Below, piece by piece: positions 41,816 through 51,927 of a stretch of DNA of 64,000 nucleotides. The position numbers were made by a program, and so were the translations under genes. The stretch is from an uncultured delta proteobacterium (GTDB taxonomy: Bacteria > Myxococcota > Kuafuiibacteriia > Kuafuiibacteriales > Kuafuiibacteriaceae). Location of the stretch: contig CAWDML010000005.1 in assembly GCA_963803435.1 (NCBI GenBank), forward strand, positions 416,001-480,000, given 5' to 3'. Every line of letters starts with the position of its first letter. Positions within the stretch are counted from its first letter, which is position 1. The notes beneath the pieces were generated by a model. That model saw only the letters and a program-made list of their open reading frames with translations, ran no database searches and was not told where the DNA came from.

Positions 41816-42855
41816 TCCGCGTGAGGTGCCTCGCCGTGCTCGGAGGGTCGCTCGCGATCGCGCTCGGCGGCTGCACGGCGGACACCACCGGCCTCGGTCC
41901 CGGCCCGGGCGCGGACGCTGGGGCTTCGGCCGACGCCGCGGTGAGGGGAGACGCCGGCACGTTGCTCGACGCGTCCGTGGATGCCGGAACAGCGGACAGC
42001 GGAGCCGCGCCGGGTGTCTACTGGACGATAGAGGAGCGCTCGGACCAGACCGAGATCGCGATCCGGCGGACGACCGTCCCCGAAGGCGAGGTCTTCATCC
42101 CGCTGTTCATGACCACTGCCAACGCCTGCCAGGCGGCCGGCCCGGCGAACGCCGAGGCGCAGGCCAATCACCGGGTGATGATCCGCTCCTGGTTCTGGTT
42201 CGCGCACCTGCCCGTCCCGGCGAGCTGCCCCTTGATCTCCGACCGCGTCGAACGGCTCGTCTCGGTGACGCTGACACCGGGCGACTGGCTGATCCAGATC
42301 GGCACCGAACACGTGACGCTGACGGTCACACCGGTGACCGACTGCTCCGGCGACGGGATCTCCTGTGCCGGCGACTGCGCGTGCGGCGGGGGCGATCTCT
42401 GCCTCCCTGGCGCCGGCGACACCAGGCTCTGCGGACGCCCCTGCGAGCCGATCGCCCCCGACGCTGCGACCGGCGCCGATCCGCTGGCCGATCTCGAGTG
42501 TGGCCCGAGCGACGGCTGCGTCCAGGACCCGAGCCTCGAGGTCCCGCGTTGCGCGCCTCGCGCCTCGATCGGTTGCTCTGACGATCGCCCGTGCCCGACC
42601 GGCATGAGCTGCCCGACGAGCGATCCGCTGCCGGCCTGCCGCTGGGCGATCCAGCTGAGCGCCGCCGTCCGGCACCCTTGCACGACCGACACCGACTGCG
42701 ATCCCGCGCTCCAATGCGTCGAAGGCCGCGAGCAAGAGCGGCACTGCGAGGTCCCATGCCTCACCAGCCAGATGCCGTGCCCACCCCAGCACGTTTGCCA
42801 GATCGACGCGGTGGCCACCGACGCCCAGTGGGTCTGCGAGTGGCAGGGCGAGTAG
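41812..42855 (+). CDS. Cys-rich lipoprotein
   Basis: LGGC lipobox, DAG low-complexity linker, CxxDxxC repeats. Confidence 0.7.
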   Translation: MIRVRCLAVLGGSLAIALGGCTADTTGLGPGPGADAGASADAAVRGDAGTLLDASVDAGTADSGAAPGVYWTIEERSDQTEIAIRRTTVPEGEVFIPLFMTTANACQAAGPANAEAQANHRVMIRSWFWFAHLPVPASCPLISDRVERLVSVTLTPGDWLIQIGTEHVTLTVTPVTDCSGDGISCAGDCACGGGDLCLPGAGDTRLCGRPCEPIAPDAATGADPLADLECGPSDGCVQDPSLEVPRCAPRASIGCSDDRPCPTGMSCPTSDPLPACRWAIQLSAAVRHPCTTDTDCDPALQCVEGREQERHCEVPCLTSQMPCPPQHVCQIDAVATDAQWVCEWQGE

Positions 42856-42907
42856 CGGAGCTGCGGAAGATCCGCCGCCTCCGTGCGTAGGCCTCCACGG
42901 GAGCTTC

Positions 42908-44137
42908 TTGATCCTCGCTCGCACCCTCTGGTTCCTCTCGTTGAGCGCCTGCTGCTGCGATCCGTCGGATCCGTCGGATCCCGCCGCGACCGCCGAGGCT
43001 CGCTTCGCCAACGCGTTCCTCGACGACCTGGCGCAGGGACGGAACCAGGCCGCCTTCGACAAGATGAACTTCATCGGCCCGCCGCCCGTCGGCTTCGATG
43101 CGACCCGGCTCGGGCAACGCGCCGACCGGCTGGGGCTGAGCCGGGTCGAGAGCACTCGCTGGACCCGCGCGCACTATCTCCTCAATCCGCCCAACCCCAA
43201 CCGCGACCCGTTCGAAGATCGGGTGCTGAAGTGCATCTCCAACCTCAACCCTCCGATGAAGCTCGAAGCGACGGTGGTCGCGAACGGGCGCGAGCGTCCC
43301 TTGAGCCTCGTCGTCCGGGACACGGACGGCCTGCACCTGGCGGAGGTCCACCTCGGAAGCAGCCCTCTGGTTCCCTCCGGTCTGCCGACCAGCTATCGAG
43401 CGCCGGAGGAACCTCGTCCGCCGGGTGAGCTTCTCCGCCGCGCGACGATCGATCGGCACGCTGTCGGCGCCCAGTCGTACCTCCGGGTCCGATCACCCGT
43501 TGCAGTCCCGCACGAAGCATCGGTGACAATGACCGGAGACTGCACGACCGGCGATCGCTGGTACCGGAGCGTCATCGTCACCCACCGCGCGGAGCCGCTC
43601 TCTCTGTCGCTCGCGCTGCGGCCGCCTGCGCCCGACCTCTGCGAGCTGCGGGTTCGGCTGAGCCGAGGGACCATCGTCGAGACGCGCACCTGGTGCTGGA
43701 CCGAGACCGAGATCTCGGAGGCGCCCTGCAAGGAGCGACCGGTGCCGCGCCGTCGATCCGAGCACCCGGTGCTCGTCGAGCAGGTCGCCCGCCGCGTCTC
43801 CGACAACGGCTTGCTCCGGCTCGACTACGATCTTCACGCCAACGAGCAGCTCCCCGAACCCGGGGCCCCCGAGCGCCACCACCTCGAAGCTCGCGTCCGC
43901 TGCCCCGGCCAGGACGTGCGCCGCGTGACCCGCCCGGCGAATCGCGAGTCGCAGCCGTTCGGACTCTTCACCAAGCGCAGCGCGCTCTATGTCGAGCGGC
44001 CGTCGGCCTTCGCGGTCCCATGCTCCGTCGAGATCGAGTGGGTGGCGGAGACGCCCTACGAGCGCAAGACCGCGATGCTGTTCGAGGGCTGCCTCACCGA
44101 CACGGAAGTGACGCCCGGCCGCTGCCCGTACGAGTAG
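42908..44137 (+). CDS. Hypothetical lipoprotein
   Basis: LSAC lipobox; 409-aa ORF with GC3 bias. Confidence 0.6.
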   Translation: MILARTLWFLSLSACCCDPSDPSDPAATAEARFANAFLDDLAQGRNQAAFDKMNFIGPPPVGFDATRLGQRADRLGLSRVESTRWTRAHYLLNPPNPNRDPFEDRVLKCISNLNPPMKLEATVVANGRERPLSLVVRDTDGLHLAEVHLGSSPLVPSGLPTSYRAPEEPRPPGELLRRATIDRHAVGAQSYLRVRSPVAVPHEASVTMTGDCTTGDRWYRSVIVTHRAEPLSLSLALRPPAPDLCELRVRLSRGTIVETRTWCWTETEISEAPCKERPVPRRRSEHPVLVEQVARRVSDNGLLRLDYDLHANEQLPEPGAPERHHLEARVRCPGQDVRRVTRPANRESQPFGLFTKRSALYVERPSAFAVPCSVEIEWVAETPYERKTAMLFEGCLTDTEVTPGRCPYE

Positions 44138-44139
44138 AG

Positions 44140-45300
44140 GTTGAGACCACCATTTTCAGCGATCGGATCCCGATTGAGCCAGCGACCGACTTGAGCCGAG
44201 TATCCTGCGCAAGATTTATCCCGCTCGGCCCATGAACGAAGTGTCCTGTACAACCGAAATCGCTCTCGGAACCGGTGCCGGACGACTGCCCAGCGCCGCA
44301 GCTATCGTAGCTGTAGGTTCGTTCGATGGTCTCACCATCGTTGGCGATCACGTCCCTTACCGAACCCAATCGATCCTTGGCAGAGAAGTGGTGGGTCGAG
44401 CCATCGAGGAAGCCCTCGTCGAAGTAGTTTCGAACCAGCGTCGATCCGGAGCCGTTCCGCTTCTGGCAGATGCGATCGTCGCACCACACGAAGACGAGGT
44501 TCGCCGTCTCAACGCTGTTCTCGATCTCTTGGATCCGCACGCGGCGGAGCGCGCCATCGTACTGGAAGACCGACCCGTGCGTGCCTTCGATGATCCGCAC
44601 CAGGCGGTTCTGCTGGTCCCATCGAAATTCTCGCCGCACTGATCCGTTCGGCTCCCGCTCGAAGCGCAGGTTTCCATCAGCATCGTACTCGTAGAGCGTC
44701 GTCGTCCCCGTGGTCGTGACCTCGTACCTCTGCAGGGTCGAGTTGTCGTTCCCGTCCACCGCCTCGATGCTGACGAGGTTGCTGCCGACCTCCAGATCCA
44801 CCACCGCTTCGAAGCGATACGGCGCTTCACCGTCCGTCGAGATCACCTTCGCCGGCTGCCCGTTGGCAGTCACGAGGGCCGGGTCGTCGACCGTTCCCGC
44901 GAAGGTGGTCGGCCCGAAGCCGTGCTCGGAGACGAGCTGGTTCCGACTGTTGACCCTGTAGTTCCGGCCCACCGGCGTCACCGTTCCGGTCACCACCTGG
45001 GTTCTGTCGCCCGCGCGATTGTAGCTGTAGCGTTCCCAGTCGAGCAGAGTCTCGCTTGCATCGTGGCGGATCACTTCCGTGAGCTGCTGGACTGCATCAT
45101 ACGCGTAGGTCCAGGTTGTCGGGCCACCGCCGCCTTGCTCGATCGTCAGCGTGTCCACCGTCCGATCCTAGTTGTACGCGTAGTCGAATTGGGAAGTGAC
45201 CGCCGGCGTCTGCCCGGAGCTGAGGTTCTTGATCTGCTTCAACGGATGATCCCCAGTTGATCCAAAGTAGTCGTACTGCAGCTGAAGTACTGACCCCGAA
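44140..45300 (-). pseudogene. RHS/YD-repeat protein fragment
   Basis: YAYDAVQQL, YEYDADGNL, DRLGSVR and a frameshifted core end GRWLNRDPIAENGGLNLYSY; in-frame stop at 45168. Confidence 0.85.
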
Positions 45301-45500
45301 GCGATTTTCGCAGGAGATGGCTTTGCAGGACTGCGGCGATCCGATTCGCTTAAACTTAAAGCGATTCTACTGAGTAGATGGCGGACGTGGGAAGCGCCCT
45401 GACGCGGTTTCCGGGATGGGACGCGAGGCGTGCCAGGGAGCGCTTCGGTGGCTGCCTCCCGACCGGCACCGCTCGATGCTACCACCTCGGCAAGAAGCAG

Positions 45501-45812
45501 CTAAAGGTCGACGTTGAGCTCCGGCGGGTCCTCCTGCGCAGCGCCCCACACGGCGATGATGCGGACAATCTTCTTCTCCTCATCCACGTGGTAGTAGAGG
45601 TGGCGCTCGGTCCCGGTGAGGTTCAGGCGGTAAATCTGGCGGCCCTCGAAAACGTCATACCGCGTTCCGAGATGCGGATTCTCGGCGAGGAGCTTCTTGG
45701 CCTTCGCGAGCTCGGTGCGAAAGAGCGTCGGATTCTTGTCTCGGTTCTTCTTCCACCAGGCGGCTGCGCTTCGGGCTTGTCGTTGAGCTTGGATTGAGAG
45801 TCGGACCTTCAC
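45501..45812 (-). CDS. RelE/ParE-family toxin
   Basis: MKVRLS..A, L.ENP.LG, HLYYHVDEEKKIVRIIAVW. Confidence 0.8.
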   Translation of the reverse strand: MKVRLSIQAQRQARSAAAWWKKNRDKNPTLFRTELAKAKKLLAENPHLGTRYDVFEGRQIYRLNLTGTERHLYYHVDEEKKIVRIIAVWGAAQEDPPELNVDL

Positions 45813-46045
45813 GGCGTCGAGTCGGCCGCCTCGAGCTCCGCGAGAAAGTCGTCCATGTCCATGTCCTTCGCCGGATCGTCGGCGAGACCGCGGCGGATGG
45901 CAGCGTGCAGGCGCTCGCGTTCCCCGGGCGACATCTCGGCCTCGGCATTCGCGGGCACGAGCTCGAGCACCATGCCATCCGGCAAATCCGTCGGCTCGTC
46001 GAGCGTCAGGCGGCCGCCCACCACGCGCGCTTTGAAGACATGCAT
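45809..46045 (-). CDS. Cognate antitoxin
   Basis: KARVVGGRLTLDEPTDLPDG; acidic tail; GTGA overlap with the toxin. Confidence 0.75.
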   Translation of the reverse strand: MHVFKARVVGGRLTLDEPTDLPDGMVLELVPANAEAEMSPGERERLHAAIRRGLADDPAKDMDMDDFLAELEAADSTP

Positions 46046-46929
46046 CGGCAGCGATCCTAGCACAGCCGTTCGCTCCTTGGTCCGCCGCCGTGCACGCATT
46101 TCGTTCCGTGGCCTGCGAGGCGAACACGTACCAGACCGGCCGCCTGTCGATGCATACCGACGGCGTCCACTACAAGCGCGTGCTCTGCTACCAAAGAACG
46201 GGCGGCTCCACTCGATGTACCAGGTCATGGAGACGGCGACCTGGAGCAACTCGAGCGCTCGGGGCATCTCGCGGATCTATGACCTCAACGGCAATCTGCA
46301 GTACGAGTACCTCGAGGATTGAGAGCGTTCTCGATATCTGAAGCCGTCCTCATCACGCTCTTTGATGGACCGACCGGCACGGGCGGTGAGATCGCTGTGC
46401 TGGCTGCGAATGCCGCTGGTGACGAAGGGGCGATGGGGAGGCCGGCGTTGTATCGACGTGCGGAGGCACCGCGTCAGGCAGAGACTCGGCCGCCGCCGTC
46501 ACGGAGCACTACTGGGGCTCCGCCCCAGCCCCGGGCGCAAACTGCGTTTGCTGGTTGGAGCCGACGATGGGGTGTTGGCGATCCCGCGAAACCGCAGCTA
46601 TTCGCTGAAGTCGCAAAAGACCGAGGTGGGAGGCGTCGCGGGCGTAGCGTGAGAATGCGAGAGCAGCTGCCCTCGCCAAACTGCGTTTTCTCCCACGGCG
46701 GACGAGGAAGGACCGACAGGGAGCGTCCGCACGTGGTCTCGGGTCGGTCGCCACCGTTGCCCGATCTGGTGAGTGACTCCCTGCCGGTCCGAGATCAATC
46801 AGCCGTTCCGGTTCCCTCCCTTAGGGTGGGGAACGGGAACGGGCCTCATAGACCAGCCGTTCTTCTGCTTCGTGATCGCACCGGCAGCAACGAGCCTGGA
46901 GCGCGCGTCGGTGAGCCGGGCGCTCCGTA

Positions 46930-48133
46930 CGTGTAGCTGCGCGCTCGAAGGAGCGGACGAAGCACAAAGGGATCACACGTCTGCCGGACGGGCGCTACCG
47001 AGTGAGGGTGCGCGTTCAAGATCCGAAGACGGGCGAAGAGATCGATCGCGATGAGACCGTGGAAGGAAGCATTCAAGACGCGGTGAAGGTGCAGGAGGAG
47101 GCGCGCGCGGAAGGTGGCTGCGAAGCTCGGCGTTCCGACCGGTTCCGCAGCGCGAGCCGATGACCTTGGGGACTGCGCGAAGCTGTGGCTGGCGCAGTGC
47201 ACTCGGGACGGTGATGCGCAGTCGACGCTCGATGCCCGGATCCAGATCCTCGAGCACCACATTCTCCCGCATCTCGGAAGGTACCTCGTGCAGCGAATCG
47301 ATCGGCACGATCTCAAGGAGTGGGTCCGGACGGTGTCGGCGGAGACGAAGCCGAACGGCGAGCACTACAGCGAGGAGACGTTCAAAGGATGGTGGCGGGC
47401 GCTCCGCGCGCTGCTTCGATGGACCGTGGAGGAGCTCGATTCTGCCGACGGATCCGACGTCGCGATTCGATCCGAAGCGCTACGTTCATCGCCAGCTGCG
47501 GCGCGGAGTCCAGGCGGAGAAGGGAACGAACGCGCTCACCCCGAAGGAGCTCGGTCCATTCTTGGCGAAGGCGAAAGAGTTGTATCCGCAGCACTACGCG
47601 ATGATGGTCGTCGGTTTCTTCACGGCATGCGGTGGAGCGAGCTGTCCGCGTTGCGCTGGGAGCACTTCAAGCCTGAGACGAAGGAGATCGAGATCCGGAA
47701 CTCGCAGTGGAGGCAGAGCGTTCGCGAGCGGCCGAAGGCGGGTCGCGTGCGAACGGCGGCGTTCGACGACTTCATCTGGAGCGTGATGCAGGAGCATCGG
47801 CACTGGATGATGAAGGCGCAGGTGCCCGGCTTCGACAGCGGGCTCTGCTTCCCGTCGGACACCCGCGGCTATCGGCATCAGTCGGTGCTCGACAAGCTGT
47901 TCGCGCGGATCTGCGAGGCCGTCGGGATCGCGAAGCATCTCAGCTCGAAGTGCTTCCGCCGGACCTTCAACGATCTCTGCCGACATGCGCACGTGGATGC
48001 GATCGTACTGCGCTCGCAGATCGGTCACACCGATGCGCGCATGTCCGAGGTCTACGCGAGCGTCGATCCGTCGGAAAAGCGGCGCGCGCTGGCGCAGGTG
48101 AGGCACCTCGTCGGTCTGGGAAGCGAGCAATGA
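46930..48133 (+). CDS. Tyrosine recombinase/integrase with several frameshifts
   Basis: GRYRVRV arm domain, HILPHLG, GMRWSEL (R), PK, KCFRRTF, IGH, VY. Confidence 0.9.
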
Positions 48134-48276
48134 GGATGATGCCTTTCGGAGAACGGCGAGTTCGGCGAGGAGTGCCATCTCGAGCAGTTTTCCGTCGGAG
48201 ACGAGCCGAGCTCGCGAAGTTCAAGCGTCTCGCCGATCTGGGGAGCGACCGGAGCTGGAGACGTTTTTCGGAAAAA

Positions 48277-48297
48277 CGGGGAGTTCAGCGGGGAGTT
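48277..48297 (+). repeat. Candidate integrase arm-binding repeats
   Basis: CGGGGAGTT twice (48277, 48289) between the integrase and the att site. Confidence 0.5.
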
Positions 48298-48362
48298 TGG
48301 GGGGTGGAACCCTTTTTTTGCTTGTCCCGGGCTCCGACGCATGTCAAAGAGTCCGAGCACTT

Positions 48363-48401
48363 GGGCGCATAACTCAGCTGGTTAGAGTGCCATCTTCACA
48401 C
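48363..48401 (+). repeat. 5' half of tRNA-Val(CAC); junction attachment site
   Basis: GGGCGCATAACTCAGCTGGTTAGAGTGCCATCTTCACAC with no 3' half following. Confidence 0.9.
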
Positions 48402-48543
48402 TTCGTCCGGACCACTTCGCCGCCTCTTCCAAGATCGCCGAGATCAACCGCCGAAGCATCGAGTGCTATCGCGGATTTCCACGTCATCGTGAGCAGTTGC
48501 CGCATGGTGCGGCAGACCCGTTCCTGAACCCAACCGACGCCTC

Positions 48544-48610
48544 GAGCGTCACGCGGGAACACGGAGCGTCACGGGTCGACACGACGAAATGGCAGCGCGA
48601 ATGGCAGCGC
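48544..48610 (+). repeat. Short direct repeats; candidate arm sites of a second element
   Basis: GAGCGTCACG twice (48544, 48564); AATGGCAGCGC twice (48588, 48600). Confidence 0.45.
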
Positions 48611-48659
48611 CGGTTGCCCGCCCCGAGACCGCCTGCCAGGGTGCGAACCCACCTCGGTC

Positions 48660-50138
48660 ATGGAACGCCAGCAAGTCCACCTCGGAGCTACGACTTGGTT
48701 TCTTCTTCCGGACAAGCCACTCGGCCGCGCCGGAGGCTTCGGTGCCGTATTCGCAGGCGAGTCGAGCGAGGGCGCTCCCGTCGCCATCAAGCGACTTCAC
48801 ATCAACGCGGAGAGCGCCGCAGGCCGAGAGCTCCGGGTCGCCGACCTCGTTCGGGAGAAGGAGCGAAGGCACGTCATCCCGATCTTGGACGCGGGACGCT
48901 CCAAGGAAGACGGCCGCTACTACATCGTCATGGCGCGCGCGGGAGGAAGTCTGCGTGCCCTCTTGGAGGATCGGGGCAAGCTCAGCGTTGCAGAGGCGCT
49001 GATGGTGGCCCGAGAGATCGTCGACGGGCTTCTCGAGCTCGAGGAGATCATCCACCGCGACCTGAAGCCCGACAACGTGCTTTCGTTCGATGATCGGTGG
49101 TGCGTCGCCGACTTCGGCATCGCTCGCTTCGTCGAAGCGGCGACGTCGTTGAACACGCTCAAGGACTGCTGGACCCCGGTGTACGCGGCGCCGGAGCAGT
49201 GGAACATGGAGCCGACTTCGCACGCGACGGACGTCTACGCTCTCGGCTGCATCCTGTTCGAGCTCATCCAAGGTGTGCCGCCTTTTGGCGGTTCAACGCG
49301 GGAGGAACTTCGGGCCGCGCATCTTCACAACCCACCTCCCTCTTTGCTCGGTGACCCACGCCTGTCGACGCTGGTGGTCTCGTCGCTCTCGAAAAATCCT
49401 GTAGCGCGCCCCGCTCTGGCCTCGGTCCGAATCTCGATCGCCGAGCTCCTCGATCATCCCTCCCCTGGACATGCTCCGTTGGCCGCCGCCGCCGCTGCGG
49501 TCGCTGCGCGCCAAGCGGCCGCAGAAGCCGAGGCGAGAAAGGTGGCTAACGCGAATCAGGCTCGCGTACAGCTCCAGGACGACGCACGCCGGACGCTCAT
49601 CGCCATCCTCGAGCGATTCACGGCAGACGTCCGAGGAGACGCTGCGAATGCCTCGGTCGAGTTCAACGAGGATCGGGGCACGCTTCGGATCGCTCTCGGT
49701 AGAGGCCGAGTCGTGATCAAGCCGATGGCAGCAATACCGCCCGGAGCGTTCTCGGCGTCGCAGTGGGACGTCGTCTTCGGATGGGTCTTGCTCCTTTCGC
49801 AGGAGGGGGCCGAATACTCGGGACGCTCGGCCAACCTGTGGTTTGTGAAGCGCCCCGGGGAGCCCGACTACCGGTGGCGTGAGCACTCGTACATGACGCA
49901 CCCGCTCTTCAAGCAGAAGCGGCCCGATGAGCCCTACGCGATGAGAGACGCTGCCCATCTCAAGGACGCCGATCTCGCGATTGCACCGGGAACGCACACC
50001 GTCCAGGAAGGCTCGCCGGCGTTTGCCAGCGATCGCGAAGACACGCAGACATTCATTGCTCGCTGGTTGCGTCGCTTGGCCGCGGCAGCAACGGGCTCGC
50101 TCTCACGACCAGGCGGCCTACCGGACAACGAGAGGTGA
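48660..50138 (+). CDS. Hanks-type Ser/Thr kinase with unknown soluble C-terminal domain
   Basis: GGFGAV, VAIK, HRDLKPDN, DFG, YAAPE, DVYALG; no TM segment. Confidence 0.92.
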   Translation: MERQQVHLGATTWFLLPDKPLGRAGGFGAVFAGESSEGAPVAIKRLHINAESAAGRELRVADLVREKERRHVIPILDAGRSKEDGRYYIVMARAGGSLRALLEDRGKLSVAEALMVAREIVDGLLELEEIIHRDLKPDNVLSFDDRWCVADFGIARFVEAATSLNTLKDCWTPVYAAPEQWNMEPTSHATDVYALGCILFELIQGVPPFGGSTREELRAAHLHNPPPSLLGDPRLSTLVVSSLSKNPVARPALASVRISIAELLDHPSPGHAPLAAAAAAVAARQAAAEAEARKVANANQARVQLQDDARRTLIAILERFTADVRGDAANASVEFNEDRGTLRIALGRGRVVIKPMAAIPPGAFSASQWDVVFGWVLLLSQEGAEYSGRSANLWFVKRPGEPDYRWREHSYMTHPLFKQKRPDEPYAMRDAAHLKDADLAIAPGTHTVQEGSPAFASDREDTQTFIARWLRRLAAAATGSLSRPGGLPDNER

Positions 50139-50208
50139 ACGCGTGATTCATCGGCGCGGTCCACTCAGAAGGACTTGATCGCTGATGGAGGGCCTCTGCC
50201 TCAGCGCC

Positions 50209-51255
50209 TCAGCCAGCGTTGAGCTCAGCCTCGATGACGCCCAATCGCTCGATGATCGACTCGAAGGCCGGCGCCTCACCCAAGATCATGCCCTGCATCG
50301 CTTCGTAGTCTCGCTCGAGCTCGGCTCGTACTTCCTGCTGCGGCACGATCCTGATGGAGCCGGGCGTCGCCTCCTCGAACTTCTTCCAGGCTTGCCGGAA
50401 GGCGACGAGGTTGTGCTCGCGGACGTCGGTCCAAAGCGCCGTATCCTTGTGCGCGCTCCGGCCGAGCTCCGTACTGCTGATCATCGCGACGTCATAGAAG
50501 TGCCTGGATAGTCGATCGCGGTCGCCGGGAAGACGTTTGGCGTCGCGATATCCACAGTGAACACCGTGCAGAATGAGCAGCTTCTCCCAATACGTTCGCT
50601 CCGGCCGAATGCAAGCCACGTTGCGGACGGCCAGATCCCAGTCCTCGCCGAGCTCGGCCTGGATGAACGGTGCGGGCGCTATCGTGGTGCTCGGGTCCAG
50701 CGCAGACCGAGCCCCGCACTCGATCTTGACCCTCGGCTCAACATAGCCCTGGCTCGATCCGGCCTTTGAACCACTCGGATATTCGATGAGCAGCGTTTGT
50801 TGATCGGGATCGGTGTCGTTGGCACTCACGGTGCACCCAGCACGCGCCAACAGACCGACGAGCTCCGAGGCCAGCCTTCCGCGAACGTACTCTCCGCAGG
50901 CGGCCTTGAGCGCGTCGAAGCGGCGCAGCCGCTCCTTGTTCGGGATGCCCGATGCGCGGTTGGTCGGATCGTCATCGCCGCCAAAGCCGAGGTCGTCGCG
51001 AAAGACGACGATGTCGATGTCTTCGGAGAAGCGGCTGATGAGACCAAATCCCTTGGACAACGAGGTGCCGCCTTTGAACAAGAGCCTCGCGTGACCGCCT
51101 GGCAAGCGATTGAAGAGAGCGTCGAGGACGACGCACACCCAGAAGTCCTTCTCGATGTACTCCGGCCTGGTGTCGAGGCGCTGGCCGGCGATGCTGAACA
51201 CGTCGAAGCGCTCTTTGCTCTTGAGATCGATGAAGTCGGCGAACGTCGAGCTCAC
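50209..51255 (-). CDS. abiEii: AbiEii/AbiGii nucleotidyltransferase toxin
   Basis: IEKDFWV, FKGGTSLSK, RFSEDID, ERTYWEK, SRHFYD. Confidence 0.93.
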   Translation of the reverse strand: MSSTFADFIDLKSKERFDVFSIAGQRLDTRPEYIEKDFWVCVVLDALFNRLPGGHARLLFKGGTSLSKGFGLISRFSEDIDIVVFRDDLGFGGDDDPTNRASGIPNKERLRRFDALKAACGEYVRGRLASELVGLLARAGCTVSANDTDPDQQTLLIEYPSGSKAGSSQGYVEPRVKIECGARSALDPSTTIAPAPFIQAELGEDWDLAVRNVACIRPERTYWEKLLILHGVHCGYRDAKRLPGDRDRLSRHFYDVAMISSTELGRSAHKDTALWTDVREHNLVAFRQAWKKFEEATPGSIRIVPQQEVRAELERDYEAMQGMILGEAPAFESIIERLGVIEAELNAG

Positions 51256-51884
51256 GCGGTAACCTCGGGCTCGACAACCTGCTTGGCGATCGGAATCGCC
51301 CACGCCGGAAGCGACGAAGCCTGCTTGGAGAGGTCACGCTTCACAGAGTCCGGCAATTGCCTTCTCAAAAGGCTGATGGTCTGGGGGTCGCTCGCCACCC
51401 GGGGCCCGAGCCAAAGCAACGCTTGCACCGCAGAGGCCGCCGGCCGGTCTGCCCACCGCATGAGCTTTGGGCTCGCATGCCGGAACCGAACCGTCCAACC
51501 CGCGATCGTGAGCGTGCGAGTCCGGCCGTCGGTCACGTAGGCAACCTTCGCCGGCACCGCATTGGTGAGGCCGAGTCGATGGGCCGCAACGATGCCGTCG
51601 GGCATTAGCCGGATGTCGTCCCGCCTCGAAACCGCCTGGACGGCGGAGTCGAGGTCCGGGGGCGCCGACCGTTTCAGAGCCGCGTTGAACCGTGGGAGAT
51701 CGTAGAGGCCACGAGCAACACGCCGGAGCTGGCCTGCCTTCGCCAACCGGCTCAGAGCTTGATCCACCGCGGCGCGGTTCCCGAGATCCAAGAAGTCCTT
51801 GGGGGTGCAGACCCACTGGCCAAGACCGTGAGCCCTCACTCGGCACAGAATCCTGTCTGCTATATTGGAGACTTGAGTGATCAT
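51252..51884 (-). CDS. abiEi: AbiEi-type antitoxin (DUF6088)
   Basis: DFLDLGNRAAVDQALSRL...RGLY, LGLT..VP...Y.TDG; overlaps the toxin start. Confidence 0.88.
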   Translation of the reverse strand: MITQVSNIADRILCRVRAHGLGQWVCTPKDFLDLGNRAAVDQALSRLAKAGQLRRVARGLYDLPRFNAALKRSAPPDLDSAVQAVSRRDDIRLMPDGIVAAHRLGLTNAVPAKVAYVTDGRTRTLTIAGWTVRFRHASPKLMRWADRPAASAVQALLWLGPRVASDPQTISLLRRQLPDSVKRDLSKQASSLPAWAIPIAKQVVEPEVTA

Positions 51885-51898
51885 CGGTGACCTCGGTC

Positions 51899-51927
51899 TG
51901 TCAGAAGAATGTGCATCTTCTCCTGAC
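51899..51927. promoter_or_regulatory. Inverted-repeat operator upstream of abiE
   Basis: TGTCAGAAGA...TCTCCTGAC; AbiEi proteins are known to autoregulate through promoter inverted repeats. Confidence 0.55.

Larger units (their letters stand above)
28454..48402. mobile_element. Genomic island (~20 kb) integrated at tRNA-Val(CAC)
   Basis: 42-bp direct repeat at both ends; tyrosine integrase beside the right repeat; accessory and decayed cargo. Confidence 0.85.

Noticed and set aside
33700-46100. Integron cassette array
   Set aside because: Mixed gene orientations, no RYYYAAC/GTTRRRY attC pairs recognised, and the integrase has an arm-binding N-terminus unlike IntI
28456-48401. Split or trans-spliced tRNA
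   Set aside because: Both pieces are the same 5' half and the adjacent integrase explains them
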